Assembly (NCBI GenBank): GCA_010356995.1
Contig: ML996705.1
Span: 496,001 to 560,000 of the forward strand
DNA from: Trichodelitschia bisporula
Taxonomy: Eukaryota
Direction of reading: 5' to 3'
DNA length: 64,000 nt
Positions 13,575-23,926 of the stretch are shown one piece after another. Made by a program: the position numbers and the translations under genes. Below the pieces are notes generated by a model. It worked only from the letters and a program-made list of their open reading frames with translations. It ran no database searches and was not told the origin of the DNA. The stretch's first letter is position 1. The number at the start of each line of letters is the position of its first letter.

Positions 13575-14041
13575 CATGTGTGTGTGACTCTAGGTAACCT
13601 GGCTAGGTAATCTGGTGAAGTGCGGAAGAGCGTCGTCTACCGGGATCAACATCCTTCGGTATTAACCCTATCCCCACCTCCCGTCAAGAAGAAGCATCAT
13701 CATCACACACATCACCGGCATCCATACTGATGTTCAACAATTTCATAATGCACACTCTCTACAACGTCGAGCCACTTGTCGATGCGGGCTAGCCCAGATG
13801 TCCAGTCCGGCATCGTTAATCCAACCGCACTCTAAAGAGCTAGGTATACAACGTGAAGACTCCACCGACGACTAACCACAAGACATCCAGTAGAAACCCA
13901 CTGGCAAACCCATGATTGCTGTTCAAACATGCTTCGTCCACACAGAAAAATACCATGAACTCCCGGCCATGCCATCACAACCTATGCTCATTCAACGCCG
14001 AAAGCACCATCCCGATGTGAAAGCAACCTAGTAACGCCCAT

Positions 14042-17000
14042 TTACTCCTCGGAGTCGCTGAAACCCTCCCATGGCATACTGTCATCACCTTCCTGAATCT
14101 TAACACGCTTCCCACGACGGATCTCCTCAATGGTGTTGTCGACTTCATCCTGGTTCATAGCAGCCAGGTCCTCCTTGTGCGCCTCAACCACGTCGAACAG
14201 CATGTAAATCTGATCCGACTTGGCCTCGATCTGCCGATGCAGCTTGTCCACGGCGCGATGCAGGCGCTTGCGAGTCGTGATATCGGCCTTGGGATTGTGC
14301 TCGGCAAGTTTGTTCTCCCACTTCAGCAGTTCCATGCGGAGATGGGCGAGCTCGTCGTCGAGCTCCTTGAGCACCCTAGCCAGAGCCATAGCAGGCGGCA
14401 TCGAAGGGCGAATCGTGGCATTAGGATTCTCGAGGTAGTCCGGACGGGCGGAGACCGGAACGGGGATCGGGATTGTGATGTTCTCGGCAGCTGCGTCCGG
14501 CGCCTTCATGATGCGCTGGCAGACGGTGCAGCCCGCGCAGTCGTGCGGAGACGGGTTGTTGATGATCTCCTCCGCGGAGCGAGCACCTGGGCGGACGTTC
14601 ATTGTGATGTCGTCGATAATGAACTCCGATGTCATCTCCTCGAAGGTGCCGGGAGCAGCGCGGCGCGCCGAGAAAGAAGAGCCCGCGCGGTCATCGACCT
14701 TCTGGTGGACAGAAGTGCTCGTTCCGTTCTTGAGTGAGCTCTTTTGGGTAAGAGTGGAGGGCTTGAGACCAGCCGTGATGTCCTTTGTGAGATCCTTGGT
14801 AAGGTCTTTGGTGAAGTCCCTGGTGAGGTCCTCGGTATAGTCCACAGTAACGTCCTTGGTCATGTCCTTCGCGAGCTCCTTCCTCAAGCCCTCAACCATG
14901 GCATCGACGGAGCTCTTGCGCGTGAGACCCTTTGTAACGTCCTTCATCGAGCTGCGGCGCGTAATGCCCGCCGTGATATCATCATCGGCAACAGAGGGCT
15001 TCACATAAGAAGTGGCCCTCGAAGTGGCGCGCGCACGAGACGCACGCTCCATCTCAAGCTTCTTGCGCAGATTTGCGACAGTGTCCTCCCCGACGCTGCT
15101 CAGAACCGTTACGTCACCGGTGGCAGACTGGCCCTGGTGGGTCCCAGACGCAATGCGGCGGGCTTCATTAGCGGTAGCCGACTTCTTGGTGTTGCGGGTG
15201 AGCTCGATATCAGCCGACTGATCGAGGTCGGCGCTGATCTCGACATCGTGGGCCGCAAACGTCAGCGTCGGACGCGTGTTGGTCGGCTCAGCAGGCCGAG
15301 AGCGCGACTTGGAGCGCGCACGAGCCGTCCGCTTCACCAATCCGCGCACGCTTATGGAGCTGGTAGGCCGAATGGTACCCGTGTGGTTGTCGGTCTGACT
15401 CCGCTGCTCCTCCACCTTCTTGACCTCGGCTTCGAGCCTGCGGCGCTTAGCCTCGATGGCGGCAACTTGAGAGCGAAGATTCTCGAGCTCGCGATCCGCC
15501 TGGTTCATCTGCCGCAGCTTCTCCTGTTCCTCGCGCTGGCGACGCTTATCCTCCGCATGCAGATGACTCTGCCTCAGGGCTCCCTCCTCACGGAGCTTCG
15601 CCTGCTTGCGCTCCTGCTCGAGGCGTAAACGCTCCCCCTCGACCTTAGCACGCTCTTCTTCGCATTGCTTGAGAGCCTCCTGAGCGTTTTTGGCGTTGAC
15701 ATCCGTAAGGCGGCGCCACAGCTCAGTATCCACGTCGTTGTCGGACACTCCCTTCGCCTGCCGAAGCATGTCGCGGAGCTCCTCAATCTGTGCACGCAGG
15801 GCTTCGTTCTCCTGGTCCTGCGCGCCGGCATCAACCAGCCGGCGGATAATTTCCTCCTTTTCCTGTAGCTTCGCCTCCAGCTGGTCATGGTATGCAGCCG
15901 CACGATAGCCCTCTGCTGTGATCACCTCCTGCCCAGCCAAAACTTCCTTGCGGAGCAGGTCGTTCTCAATCATCAGCTTCGCGTGCTCGGCTTTGGTGGC
16001 CTGCTCAGCTTGCAAACGAAAATCAATCTCAGCCTGAGCAAAGAGATGGGTCTCATTCTCGTGAGCAGCTCGCAAATTCTGGATCTCCTGGCGCAATGTT
16101 TTGTTTTCGGCTTCAAGGAAGACGTTGTTGGCTGTCTGGTGCTTCGGATCAGCCTTGGCCTTCGACATCATGTGGACGTCGTCCTTCTGACGCTGGCGCT
16201 CGCGATCGAGATGGGTATTGAGGTCGAAGTTGTCCTGATCCAGAGCGTCGACCTGCCCATGGAGGGCCTCGTTTTCCTTGCGGATAGACTCTTGCTCCTT
16301 GCGAAGAGCCTCATTCTCCTCACGTAGGTTCTCAAGCTCGGCCTTGAGTTCCTCATGGTTATACACCGCAACCGCAATCTGCGCAACGGCGCTGTCACGC
16401 TCCTGAGTGAGGCGCTTGATCGAAGCTTCAGCCAAAGATGCTTTGTGCTCGGCGTGGCCGAGGCGCTTCTGCAACGTCTGGACGAGGGTTTCAAGTTCTA
16501 AGAGGTTAGATAGATCAAACGACGGGGAAATGAACTTACTCGTCTTTTCAACACGTAGCTTGGCTTTATCCTTCACGGACTCGTTGTGGTTGGAGCTCAT
16601 GGCACTGTCTGTGTAACGCACGTGCTGACGCGACTCAAGCTCCGTCCGAAGGGTGATGATCTCATTTTCGTAGTCATCGAGTTGCCGGTTCATCTCCGAC
16701 CTCTCCTGCTCCAAGTTGGCAATCTTCTCGTGGAGCACCTGCAGAGCTGCGATAATGGCCTTCTCGTCAACCGGAGTAGTCATGTCGTCGAGGTCGTTGT
16801 GGTTCTTGTTAGGCGGAAGTCCCTTCGGCGCGAAGCGGCGAGCCCGCGAGAAAATGGGCGTTCCATCCTCGTAGTAACCAGTGACAAGCTCCGTGAGGTT
16901 GGGCATCTCGGGAAACATGAACGACGGCAGCGTGCCGGTTTGGGTAGAGCGAGGCGTTGCCACTGCAAGCATCCGCTGCGGCGTGACGTTGACTGCAGCG

Positions 17001-17821
17001 CTCGCTGAAACGGAGCGACCACCGTGAGATGCGAAGCGCGTGCTTTTAATTTGGAAAGTGCTGGTGACGGTATTTCCAGCATCGGGACGATCGTCAGGAA
17101 CCCAGGATGTGTTGTGAATATCTTCTTCCACAGCACGTGCGTACCGGTCAGCCAGCGTGGAACGGCGCTTCTCGTTTGCAGCGGGCTTTCCCATCGCCAT
17201 TAGACGCGAGGCGCGCGCCTTGTTGACACTCTGCTCGGCGTCTTTCTGCGGAACTGACACAGCGCGCCGCGTGGCGGCTTCGCGACGGAGCGTGTCGCGG
17301 TTATCGCGCTGACGAGCCATCTTCTTGGGGGGTGTTGCAGGGTCGTACAAGCCCGAGTTCATGAAGTTGTCCGAGACGCCTTCCGCGTTCTTGGTCGGAG
17401 TGTTGCGAGAAGAGCGGGGAACGCCACGCGGAAGCTCAATCGAGCGGCTATCGTCGAAGCTCGCGGCATCGACTCCATTATCAGAAGGATTCGAGTCGAA
17501 ATCCTTGAAAGCGCGGTGAACGGCGCTGGTGGGAATAGGATTTTGGGTCGAAGGCTGGTTGTAGTAGGCGAACTTCTGAGCGGTGTCGCGGAGCTTGGGT
17601 TCGTGGGTCTCGGTGGCTTCCGCATAGTTGAGAATGTTCTCCTGAGTGGATTGGTTGAGGCCATTCAGTTCCGTCATGCTGAAGTTGAGGGAGGAAGGAT
17701 CGGAACGCTTGGTGTTGTCGGGATGTTGATTCTCGTCGAAATGAGGACTCGCACTGCCGGAGCTGCGAGCGCGCAGGAGAGAGCGCAGAGCGCGTGTGCT
17801 GTGATCGGTGCTTTCACCCAT
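14042..17821 (-). CDS. ppc89: Coiled-coil spindle-pole-body protein, Ppc89/Cep57-like. Probable intron 16539-16498; start could be 17821 or 17896
   Basis: Long ORF with AIIAALQVLHEKIANLEQER (Cep57 centrosome-localisation-like), extensive coiled coil, CxxCxxC, and C-terminal TIRPSMPPAMALARVLKELDDELAHLRMEL...IEAKSDQIYMLFDVVE (Cep57 microtubule-binding-like). Intron gtaagt...ctaac...tag. Confidence 0.75.
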   Translation of the reverse strand: MGESTDHSTRALRSLLRARSSGSASPHFDENQHPDNTKRSDPSSLNFSMTELNGLNQSTQENILNYAEATETHEPKLRDTAQKFAYYNQPSTQNPIPTSAVHRAFKDFDSNPSDNGVDAASFDDSRSIELPRGVPRSSRNTPTKNAEGVSDNFMNSGLYDPATPPKKMARQRDNRDTLRREAATRRAVSVPQKDAEQSVNKARASRLMAMGKPAANEKRRSTLADRYARAVEEDIHNTSWVPDDRPDAGNTVTSTFQIKSTRFASHGGRSVSASAAVNVTPQRMLAVATPRSTQTGTLPSFMFPEMPNLTELVTGYYEDGTPIFSRARRFAPKGLPPNKNHNDLDDMTTPVDEKAIIAALQVLHEKIANLEQERSEMNRQLDDYENEIITLRTELESRQHVRYTDSAMSSNHNESVKDKAKLRVEKTSKFISPSFDLSNLLELETLVQTLQKRLGHAEHKASLAEASIKRLTQERDSAVAQIAVAVYNHEELKAELENLREENEALRKEQESIRKENEALHGQVDALDQDNFDLNTHLDRERQRQKDDVHMMSKAKADPKHQTANNVFLEAENKTLRQEIQNLRAAHENETHLFAQAEIDFRLQAEQATKAEHAKLMIENDLLRKEVLAGQEVITAEGYRAAAYHDQLEAKLQEKEEIIRRLVDAGAQDQENEALRAQIEELRDMLRQAKGVSDNDVDTELWRRLTDVNAKNAQEALKQCEEERAKVEGERLRLEQERKQAKLREEGALRQSHLHAEDKRRQREEQEKLRQMNQADRELENLRSQVAAIEAKRRRLEAEVKKVEEQRSQTDNHTGTIRPTSSISVRGLVKRTARARSKSRSRPAEPTNTRPTLTFAAHDVEISADLDQSADIELTRNTKKSATANEARRIASGTHQGQSATGDVTVLSSVGEDTVANLRKKLEMERASRARATSRATSYVKPSVADDDITAGITRRSSMKDVTKGLTRKSSVDAMVEGLRKELAKDMTKDVTVDYTEDLTRDFTKDLTKDLTKDITAGLKPSTLTQKSSLKNGTSTSVHQKVDDRAGSSFSARRAAPGTFEEMTSEFIIDDITMNVRPGARSAEEIINNPSPHDCAGCTVCQRIMKAPDAAAENITIPIPVPVSARPDYLENPNATIRPSMPPAMALARVLKELDDELAHLRMELLKWENKLAEHNPKADITTRKRLHRAVDKLHRQIEAKSDQIYMLFDVVEAHKEDLAAMNQDEVDNTIEEIRRGKRVKIQEGDDSMPWEGFSDSEE
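14774..14875 (-). repeat. Degenerate 12-bp / 4-aa coding repeat (D-[LMFVI]-T-K) within the Ppc89-like gene
   Basis: LAKDMTKDVTVDYTEDLTRDFTKDLTKDLTKDIT. Confidence 0.8.
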
Positions 17822-18663
17822 ATTGGAAAGCAAAGTGGCGAAGAGTGATGTTGAACTCCAGTGGAAGAGGGTCACTGAATCGCAGATGAGCATCAATGAG
17901 CCGGGGAAGATTGACTATGCAACGCAGCGAAAGGGCATTGAGGTCCCAAACGCGAGAAGATATTTCCTACGATGTGTGGAAAAAACAATGAAGTTCGGGA
18001 CAGCGGAGAAGGGGCTTGTGAGGAAGGGGAGAAGTGGTGGTGGTGACAAGTGAAGGCGTCGAGAGCCAGAGAGGTAGAGCTTGTTGACGAGAAAGTAAAC
18101 AAACATGGTCCATGCGCTAAACCTTTTGGCGACACCCCTGCAGTCCCGACGAGGCATCCCGAGCCAATCAACGCCTCCAGCCTTTTCGTGCACGACGCAT
18201 CAAGGCTGAGTTGTGACCATGCCATGCCATCTTGGTTTGATCGGATGGCAAACGGATCCTAACTGTGGAAGATTTTTTGATGTCTAAATGACTCCATTTT
18301 TGAGTTTGGTGGTCATCAGTTCACACATGATCACTAGCCCTCAATACCATCTCGAGACCAAAAGCTACTGTAAAGAGAAGACGATATGGTTTGGATATGT
18401 TGTGCGGATTCACCATTGGGAGCGAAAGTTCTATATCTGCACTCTACGGATGTACAGGATGCCACAGTAAATGTACAGCACGAAGAGTGAAGACGATAGC
18501 CCAAAAGCTGGGCACTTCTGAGCGAATTCAAAAGCCATGAATGACAAGTTGATTGCTCACAACCGTAAAAGACAGATGAAGAAAGCTACATAAAGGAATT
18601 CCCATCACGAGTCTCATTAACCAAAGGTCAATCCCCTAAAATCGATCTACGATCTCAGACCAC

Positions 18664-19410
18664 CTACTCATCATACAGCACCGTAATAAGGAGCCCATCG
18701 TAGTTCTTCTCCCCAACTGTTTGCAAGATCGTCCCCTCAACTCCCTCCAACTTCCCCACGTTCTCAACCACGGCCCTCGACCCTGCAACGTTCCGATCAG
18801 TCTTCGCTGCCTCAGCATCAGCCAGCCTTCCCCTCCTCGCCACATTATCCACGATCAGGACGGCTCCCGGCCGACTGATCGACCTCGCCAACTGAAAGTA
18901 GTTCCACCCATTGATCTTGTCCGCATCAATGAACACAAGATCAAACGTCCCCCTCTTCCCCTCCTCCACCTCCTTCACCAAGCCAGGCAAAACATCCAGC
19001 CCCGCTCCAACCGCGATCTCGACCTTCTCGCCAACTCCCGCCTCATCCACACTCTTCCGCGCAGTCTCAGCATGCCGCAGATCTACCTCAACCGTCGTGA
19101 CTTTGATGTTCTTGCGCGCACTCGCCAGCCACACCGTACTGTAACCGCCGAGCGTGCCGACCTCAAGCACCCGCTCCGCGCGGATCGCTCGCGCCAACAG
19201 CGAAAGGAACTTGCCCTGCGCCGCACTGACGGCGATGTTGGGCAGCCCTTCGTCAGACTGGCGCTTGAGGACGCTTTCGAGCACAGCCGGGGCTGGGTTG
19301 CGTGAGTCGCGCGCAGAATGGAGGTGAGAGTTGGCGTAGTCGTCAACGGCGGACCAGTGCGGGTCTTTTTCGCTATTGTCGGGATGTTCCCAGCGCGGTT
19401 GGCGGGACAT
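18664..19410 (-). CDS. SAM-dependent O-methyltransferase (Methyltransf_3, CCoAOMT/COMT-like); possible longer form from ATG 19560
   Basis: LPNIAVSAAQGKFLSLL...VLEVGTLGGYSTVWLA...FDLVFIDADK...PGAVLIVDNV...LQTVGEKNYDGL. Single exon. Confidence 0.92.
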   Translation of the reverse strand: MSRQPRWEHPDNSEKDPHWSAVDDYANSHLHSARDSRNPAPAVLESVLKRQSDEGLPNIAVSAAQGKFLSLLARAIRAERVLEVGTLGGYSTVWLASARKNIKVTTVEVDLRHAETARKSVDEAGVGEKVEIAVGAGLDVLPGLVKEVEEGKRGTFDLVFIDADKINGWNYFQLARSISRPGAVLIVDNVARRGRLADAEAAKTDRNVAGSRAVVENVGKLEGVEGTILQTVGEKNYDGLLITVLYDE

Positions 19411-19547
19411 TTTGAGAATTGGAGTTGTTGAGAAGAATCTGTGGAATGGGAGCAATGATAAGGCTGTTGGCGAGGCTGAGGAATGTGCTAAGAGGAGAAG
19501 CTTGCGGTGTTGGGTGATGAACACACGTCTTGCAGCGGACCATGCGC

Positions 19548-19554
19548 TTTTATA
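19548..19554 (-). promoter_or_regulatory. TATA box (TATAAAA) about 140 bp upstream of the O-methyltransferase ATG at 19410
   Basis: Minus-strand GGATATAAAAGCG. Confidence 0.5.
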
Positions 19555-20077
19555 TCCCATTCCCGTGCTACCGCAAACGCCGCGTACGGTTAATATGCGC
19601 GTTTTAACTCCGACGTACGCTAGCATCACCGTGGGGCACAATTCCTGCTGCCTGCAGAATATAGTGGAGTTATCGGATGCTGGAGGTGAGGTTTGAGGCC
19701 GCGTACGCAATCGGTGGCAGGGGTCACGACTGCAGCTAATTGTTCTAGAGCCGTCGATGCCAATTATCACCGGCATTCGGCACGGCTCGCATGTATTTGA
19801 TCTGATAACATTGGCCGGATCTGATTACGGTAATGCGGGCTTCACGAAATTTGGCTGCCTGGAGAGCTTCTCGGCTTTAGCTCGACGTCATGCGGCTGCG
19901 TCGTTTGATTACGGGGTATTGCATGTGACATATGCCGGATCTTCGGCTTTATCAGATTTCGCAACTGCCGTTGGCCAATTGCTACCGGCCATCAGCCCTT
20001 CAGGATTGGGCGGATTTAGCCTTCATGCAGAAAGGGATCGGCAGTGTAATGATGTACAACCGCGACTTCGACTACAC

Positions 20078-20947
20078 TCAAGAGCCTTGTTGGGCATTCC
20101 ATCCGATACAATCATCAAAGCGAATCAATGACCCGCCAAAAATGTCTAGAGCGCTGCCAACCGTCAAATCGACCTTGCCATTGCTCAGTGCCTTGACCTT
20201 GTCGAGATCCGCAAGCTCTCGTGCTCCTCCAGCATAAGTGACGGGGATAGAACACCACTGGGCCAGCTTCTGCACCAGCTCTTCGTCGATGCCGCGCTGA
20301 AGTCCCTCGTTGTCCGCGGCGTGGATAAGGAACTCGCTGCAGTAAGACTCGAGGCGTTTGATGTTCGCTGCACATCGTTAGCCATAGCGTCCGGCTCGCT
20401 CCGGAGGACAGCTCGTACCTGCAGTGATTTCAAAGTCCGTAATCGTCTGCCACTTGTTCATCGCGACAAACCAGCGGCCGTCTTTCCTCCGGCAACTCAG
20501 ATCAATGACCAGCTTCTCCTTATCCCCTCCAAGCGCCTCCAAGGTCTTTTCCAACCTCTCCTGCGAAAAAGACCCGTCAGGGAACAAAAACGACGTGATG
20601 ATAACCTGCCACCTTCAGCGACGCCCATTTTCCAGCCGTAATCCTACTTTCTCCGCTCCATCCGCCACCCACTGAGCCACATTCTGGTCCGTGATGCCTC
20701 CACCGACCTGCAAACCGCCCGGCCACACCGCCAGCGCCTTCCGCGCCGCCTCCACGTTGCCCGGCCCGAGCATGATGATATGAGCCCCGCCGAGCCCGTG
20801 GTCCCGATACAGCCTCGCGAAGTACCCCGCCGGATGCACTGACACAAAGTTCGTCGTCAGGTCCGCATCCGAGCCTGTCAGGGTTCCGCCGACGATTTGC
20901 TTCACCTGCCCAGCGTGCAGGTCGATACATGGGCGGAATTTCGTCAT
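20078..20947 (-). CDS. HIS6: ProFAR isomerase (histidine biosynthesis, HisA/His6). Exons 20947-20648, 20605-20419, 20367-20078
   Basis: [23 protein letters not shown]...LQVGGGIT...[13 protein letters not shown]...LVIDLSCR...NKWQT...[22 protein letters not shown]...PVTYAGG...[14 protein letters not shown]. Confidence 0.97.
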
Positions 20948-22395
20948 TGTGGCAGCCGATAAGGAAGGGGTCTAAAGCTGTCAGAGCACACGGTGTGTAG
21001 TCGGCAGGAAGCAATATGGTTTTGCCCAGGACTCAATTGGAGAAGTATGTGGCAGGAGTGGTCCCTGGTAAAACGATATGGGTAGAATTGAGGTGCGCCA
21101 AGGCAACGGACACTTGAGTGTTGGCTCAAAATTAGCGTCCGATGATGCAAGAAGCGGTACATGAGTGCATTAAAGGATGCGGGAAAGATACTCGGAGGCG
21201 GAGAGGATCAAAGAGCAAAGACGAAGCGATGCGGAGGTAAAGTTGGCGCAACATGCAATTGGGTCAGAATGATCGCACATGCGATTCCGATATCGGCCCA
21301 TGACGTGGTACGGTACGGAACTGTAGCCACACCACCAGCCACATACTACGTAGTACTGCACAAGCTATTACAGGCCCCACCTTCCTGTTATGGTAGTTTG
21401 TTGATGGGTTCCTTTCGTGCAGGAGATATAAGATCACAACCGGACTCGGGCATTATTGTTGCTATTCCCCAAGCAACTGATACTGCTAAGGAGTCCGGAG
21501 TCATAGCAGGGAGGCCACTCCTAGTAAGAGGCCGACGGTGTCAAAGCTTAGAGAAATTCCACAGATATCTATTGTTGGCATCACCTACGATGCACGCTTG
21601 CATATCCTCGCTGAACGTGGATACCCTTCTCATCGCCGAATGGGTTGTAAAAAGCGCCCACTCGCCGGAATACGATTTCTTTTCACACGCCGCCTTAACT
21701 TAGTTGCCTTCCTCCGTGTGACCAAAGGCTAGCCGTTGCCACATGCAGCGAAGGCCGGACCGTCACAATTCCCTCATCCGTGCGCCAACCTCCTCCGCAG
21801 TGCTGCCTCCGACGTGGCTGCTTGACTTGGAAGAGCCGCATTTCAATACCGTACGGCAATCTTTTGGCGTCCGCAAGCCTTAGGAAAAGTTGCAAATCAG
21901 CACATTCTTTACCCTCACTCGCCTTCTGAGTATCGTGGTCGTGCTTAAATTCGATCAAATTCCCATTCTCGTTTGGTTTCACAGGTATATCTGAGTTTGG
22001 AACTAGGGCGTAGAGGTACTGTACATTCAAAGACGGCAGACGTCAATGCATCTTGGTAGCTCCTGATATTGGTATAAAATTCGAGATCATTGACTTAAAT
22101 TTATGCGAAGACGTGAAGCGTCAACTGAACGAAAGGGAATGTATGCTCTGGTTGTCGCCTAGAGCTATACTGACATAAAATCTCTTCAGTTTTAGTTGAT
22201 AAACTCATGAAGTCGTCTCGGAGAATCAATCGTTAAGGTCATTCAAAGAACGGTCATCACTTTTCCGAAACCGCTTGCGACATTCTGTTGTTTCTCGATG
22301 CCGCATAGCAAACAATAGATGCAAGAACGACGCCTGAGCACATAGTAAAAGGGAAAGGCAAAATTCAGAAAAAGTCAACAAGAAACTGGACCGCA

Positions 22396-23926
22396 TCAAG
22401 CAGATAGCCCGGTTTTCTTACACGTGGACGGCGGCCGAAAGAGATAACTGTCAAGGGCTTTCTTGCGTTCCGAGACGCTGGCATTAGCGTGGTGAATTCT
22501 GAGATGTCTCATCATGTTGTCTCTCCTACCTATGATTTTCGGCACAGGGCCGGGACAAAGGTCGCACCGAAACCTCTTTTTCTCCTCACTAGTTCTAGAG
22601 TGGATTTTGAGGTGGCGGTTGAGGTTAGTCTTATCCGCGAAGAATAGCGGGTTTTCCGTCCCAGAGTCTTTGCAAATCTGGCAGAAAAAAGTCTTGGTAA
22701 CGCCGCAGGTACGGTGATGAGAGCTGTAGAAAATATGAGTATCCAGTTTATGTGAATATACGTGAGGTTCACCTTAGGCTTGCGAAATCCTTTCCACACC
22801 TGTCACAGTGCTCCCGATTTCTGGCTCGGCTAGCTGATGTCGATGCCGAGCTTCGAGCCAAACGTCCAACTCTCACATCACGCCTCTGGTGCCCCTGGTC
22901 TCGCAAAGTCTCATACTGCGGGACGACGTCGGGCACTGCCGGTGCAGTGTTATTCGAGCTCGGCGCACCGACAATTGATGGATGTGGCGTGTGAAGTCTG
23001 AGTGCTAACCGGGTCTGAAGTCCTTGAGAGCCTGTGCTTTCGGAATGGAACTCCATAGCGTTCCTAGGAAGCGGCTGGTCAGAGGGGGACAAGCTCTCAA
23101 ATCTATAACTGTCCGACGGAAAGGTGTCTGGGGGTGGAAGCATCATGCTGAGAGCTGATGAAGAGCAGATCCGGACAAGCTCCATTTGGCGGTATTCCTT
23201 GACCACAGGCTCAGTATGGAACGGAGTCCAGCTTGATTCGGACACATTCCTGGCCATCGGAGCGGACGAGATGAGAGAGGAAAAGGGTCTAGTACTTGTA
23301 GCCAGACCGTCCGATACCGAAACGCTCCCAGTTTGGCCGACCCGATGGTGTTGGAACTCGAATTCATCCTTCACCTGAGGTGGGCCAAAGGATGGATCGT
23401 CATCCGGGTGCTCTCCTGCGTGCACCGCGGCTTCTGTGGACGGGTGAACGACTGCTTGTGGAAAGCGTGGGTGCTGAAAGAGCATGTGGCTCTCCGCGCC
23501 TGTGTCGCCGACTGAAGTCATGCAACTGTCGAGATTTCTGTATGGTCTCGCCGTCTGGTTTTGATATGGGCCAGTATGTTCAACATTCGAGTGAGGTCGT
23601 TGAGGCTGCGATGATAAACCATAGCCAGAAACATCGGGGCCGTTGGGACTGCGTGACGCCGGTTCCATTGATGCGTTTACTGGTAGCGATATGCCCGGTT
23701 GGCCAGGCGAATAATGGAGCGAATTGTGGCCAAGCTGATGTAGACCGAATGATGAACTCCGAGAGTATTGTGGAGAGTTCAAGTGAGGTTGACAGTATGG
23801 CGAACCGGAATCTGTGCGCAGTGTGGGTTGAAGATAGGAGGTTGGAGTCGAAGATTGCGGCCACCAGCTGCTAGACTTGCAACTTCCCCATTGTGAGAAG
23901 GAATCTTCATCCGGACGGCGATGCAT
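22396..23926 (-). CDS. C2H2-type zinc-finger protein, putative transcription factor (ZnF-A). Exons about 23926-22773 and 22723-22396; start uncertain
   Basis: Ser/Pro/Gln-rich N-terminus. Splicing out gtgaac...ctacag (22772-22724) gives CDRCGKDFASLS|SHHRTC, FCQICKDSGTENPLFFADKTNLNRHLKIH and FRCDLCPGPVPKIIGRRDNMMRHLRIHH. The second exon is not in the ORF track. Confidence 0.85.

Noticed and set aside
20948..21360. Gcn4/CpcA sites upstream of HIS6 and a 12-bp palindrome TACTACGTAGTA (21344-21355)
   Set aside because: Only near-matches to TGASTCA were seen, and a 12-bp palindrome is expected by chance in 64 kb.
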